A DNA stretch of 64,000 bases. It comes from Eledone cirrhosa (lineage: Eukaryota). The notes under the pieces were generated by a model. That model had not been told where the DNA came from. It saw only the letters and a list, made by a program, of their open reading frames with translations, and ran no database searches. Positions within the stretch are counted from its first letter, which is position 1, and each line of letters begins with the position of its first letter. Where the stretch lies: positions 2,108,001-2,172,000 of the forward strand of contig OZ024764.1 of the NCBI GenBank assembly GCA_964016885.1, given 5' to 3'. Both the position numbers and the translations under genes were made by a program. This document shows, piece after piece, positions 61,392 to 64,000 of this stretch.

Positions 61392-64000
61392 TCTGCTGAT
61401 ATGCAGATCTGGCTGATCAGTGCATCTGCTAATATGCAGATCTGGCTGATCAGTGGATCTGCTGATATGTAGATCTGGCTGATCAGTGGATCTGCTAATA
61501 TGTAGATCTGGCTGATCAGTGGATCTGCTAATATGTAGATCTGGCTGATCAGTGGATCTGGCCGATCAGTGGATCTACTAATATGCAGATCTGGCCGATC
61601 AGTGGATCTGCTAATATGTAGATCTGGCTGATCAGTGGATCTGCTAATATGTAGATCTGGCTGATCAGTGGATCTGCTAATATGCAGATCTGGCTGATCA
61701 GTGGATCTGCTAATATGTAGATCTGGCTGATCAGTGGATCTGCTAATATGCAGATCTGGCTGATCAGTGGATCTGCTAATATGCAGATCTGGCTGATCAG
61801 TGGATCTGCTAATATGCAGATCTGGCTGATCAGTGGATCTGCTAATATGTAGATCTGGCTGATCAGTGGATCTGCTAATATGCAGATCTGGCTGATCAGT
61901 GGATCTGCTAATATGTAGATCTGGCTTATCAGTGGATCTGCTAATATGCAGATCTGGCTGATCAGTGGATCTGCTAATATGTAGATCTGGCTGATCAGTG
62001 GATCTGCTAATATGCAGATCTGGCTGATCAGTGGATCTGCTAATATGCAGATCTGGCTGATCAGTGGATCTGCTAATATGCAAATCAGGCTGATCAGTGG
62101 ATCTGCTAATATGCAGATCTGGCTGATCAGTGGATCTGCTAATATGCAGATCTGGCTGATCAGTGGATCTGCTAATATGTAGATCTGGCTGATCAGTGGA
62201 TCTGCTAATATGCAGATCTGGCTGATCAGTGGATCTGCTAATATGCAGATCTGGCTGATCAGTGGATCTGCTAATATGCAAATCAGGCTGATCAGTGGAT
62301 CTGCTAATATGCAGATCTGGCTGATCAGTGGATCTGCTAATATGCAGATCTGGCTGATCAGTGGATCTGCTAATATGTAGATCTGGCTGATCAGTGGATC
62401 TGCTAATATGTAGATCTGGCTGATCAGTGGATCTGCTAATATGCAGATCTGGCTGATCAGTGGATCTGCTAATATGCAGATCTGGCTGATCAGTGGATCT
62501 GCTAATATGTAGATCTGGCTGATCAGTGGATCTGCTAATATGCAGATCTGGCTGATCAGTGGATCTGCTAATATGTAGATCTGGCTGATCAGTGGATCTG
62601 CTAATATGCAAATCAGGCTGATCAGTGGATCTGCTAATATGCAGATCTGGCTGATCAGTGGATCTGCTAATATGCAGATCTGGCTGATCAGTGGATCTGC
62701 TAATATGTAGATCTGGCTGATCAGTGGATCTGCTAATATGCAGATCTGGCTGATCAGTGGATCTGCTAATATGCAAATCAGGCTGATCAGTGGATCTGCT
62801 AATATGCAGATCTGGCTGATCAGTGGATCTGCTAATATGCAGATCTGGCTGATCAGTGGATCTGCTAATATGTAGATCTGGCTTATCAGTGGATCTGCTA
62901 ATATGCAGATCTGGCTGATCAGTGGATCTGCTAATATGTAGATCTGGCTGATCAGTGGATCTGCTAATATGCAGATCTGGCTGATCAGTGGATCTGCTAA
63001 TATGCAGATCTGGCTGATCAGTGGATCTGCTAATATGCAAATCAGGCTGATCAGTGGATCTGCTAATATGCAGATCTGGCTGATCAGTGGATCTGCTAAT
63101 ATGCAGATCTGGCTGATCAGTGGATCTGCTAATATGTAGATCTGGCTGATCAGTGGATCTGCTAATATGTAGATCTGGCTGATCAGTGGATCTGCTAATA
63201 TGCAGATCTGGCTGATCAGTGGATCTGCTAATATGTAGATCTGGCTGATCAGTGGATCTGCTAATATGCAAATCAGGCTGATCAGTGGATCTGCTAATAT
63301 GCAGATCTGGCTGATCAGTGGATCTGCTAATATGCAGATCTGGCTGATCAGTGGATCTGCTAATATGTAGATCTGGCTGATCAGTGGATCTGCTAATATG
63401 CAGATCTGGCTGATCAGTGGATCTGCTAATATGCAAATCAGGCTGATCAGTGGATCTGCTAATATGCAGATCTGGCTGATCAGTGGATCTGCTAATATGC
63501 AGATCTGGCTGATCAGTGGATCTGCTAATATGTAGATCTGGCTTATCAGTGGATCTGCTAATATGCAGATCTGGCTGATCAGTGGATCTGCTAATATGTA
63601 GATCTGGCTGATCAGTGGATCTGCTAATATGCAGATCTAGCTGATCAGTGGATCTGCTAATATGCAGATCTGGCTGATCAGTGGATCTGCTAATATGCAA
63701 ATCAGGCTGATCAGTGGATCTGCTAATATGCAGATCTGGCTGATCAGTGGATCTGCTAATATGCAGATCTGGCTGATCAGTGGATCTGCTAATATGTAGA
63801 TCTGGCTGATCAGTGGATCTGCTAATATGTAGATCTGGCTGATCAGTGGATCTGCTAATATGCAGATCTGGCTGATCAGTGGATCTGCTAATATGTAGAT
63901 CTGGCTGATCAGTGGATCTGCTAATATGTAGATCTGGCTGATCAGTAGATCTGCTAATATGTAGATCTGGCTGATCAGTGGATCTGCTAATATGTAGATC
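61392..64000. repeat. 33-bp minisatellite, at least about 79 copies, running off the window
   Basis: Unit GATCTGGCTGATCAGTGGATCTGCTAATATG(C/T)A. Confidence 0.95.

Overview
Repeat-saturated, AT-rich animal genomic DNA. The SINE families, (TA)n/(CA)n tracts and minisatellites resemble an octopus or other coleoid cephalopod genome; this is inferred from repeat resemblance and not verified. No host gene can be called confidently. Nearly all ORFs in the supplied track are translations of micro- or minisatellites. The only substantial coding sequence is an apparently full-length Tx1/L1-clade LINE at about 53014-58640 (+). It has a zinc-knuckle ORF1 and an APE-RT-CCHC ORF2 broken by one in-frame TGA, and it sits inside a 72-bp satellite. 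Other contents: fragments of RTE, CR1-like, R4-like and Tx1 LINEs; two tRNA-derived SINE families; RTE-derived non-autonomous elements; a Helitron; pogo/Tigger, hAT and piggyBac-like MITEs; and about 12 minisatellite arrays. Two themes stand out. (1) Short elements embedded in (TA)n carry type-I minimal hammerhead ribozyme motifs of the kind known from Penelope-like retroelements (63-98, 7200-7236, 9555-9620, 36974-37043, 41166-41230 with 41385-41449, 42114-42149). Several related elements are fold-back palindromes whose apex lies at or near the ribozyme core. (2) Most large minisatellites can be traced, within this window, to the transposon segment they were amplified from. All alignments and folds were done by eye, so boundaries of degenerate repeats are approximate.
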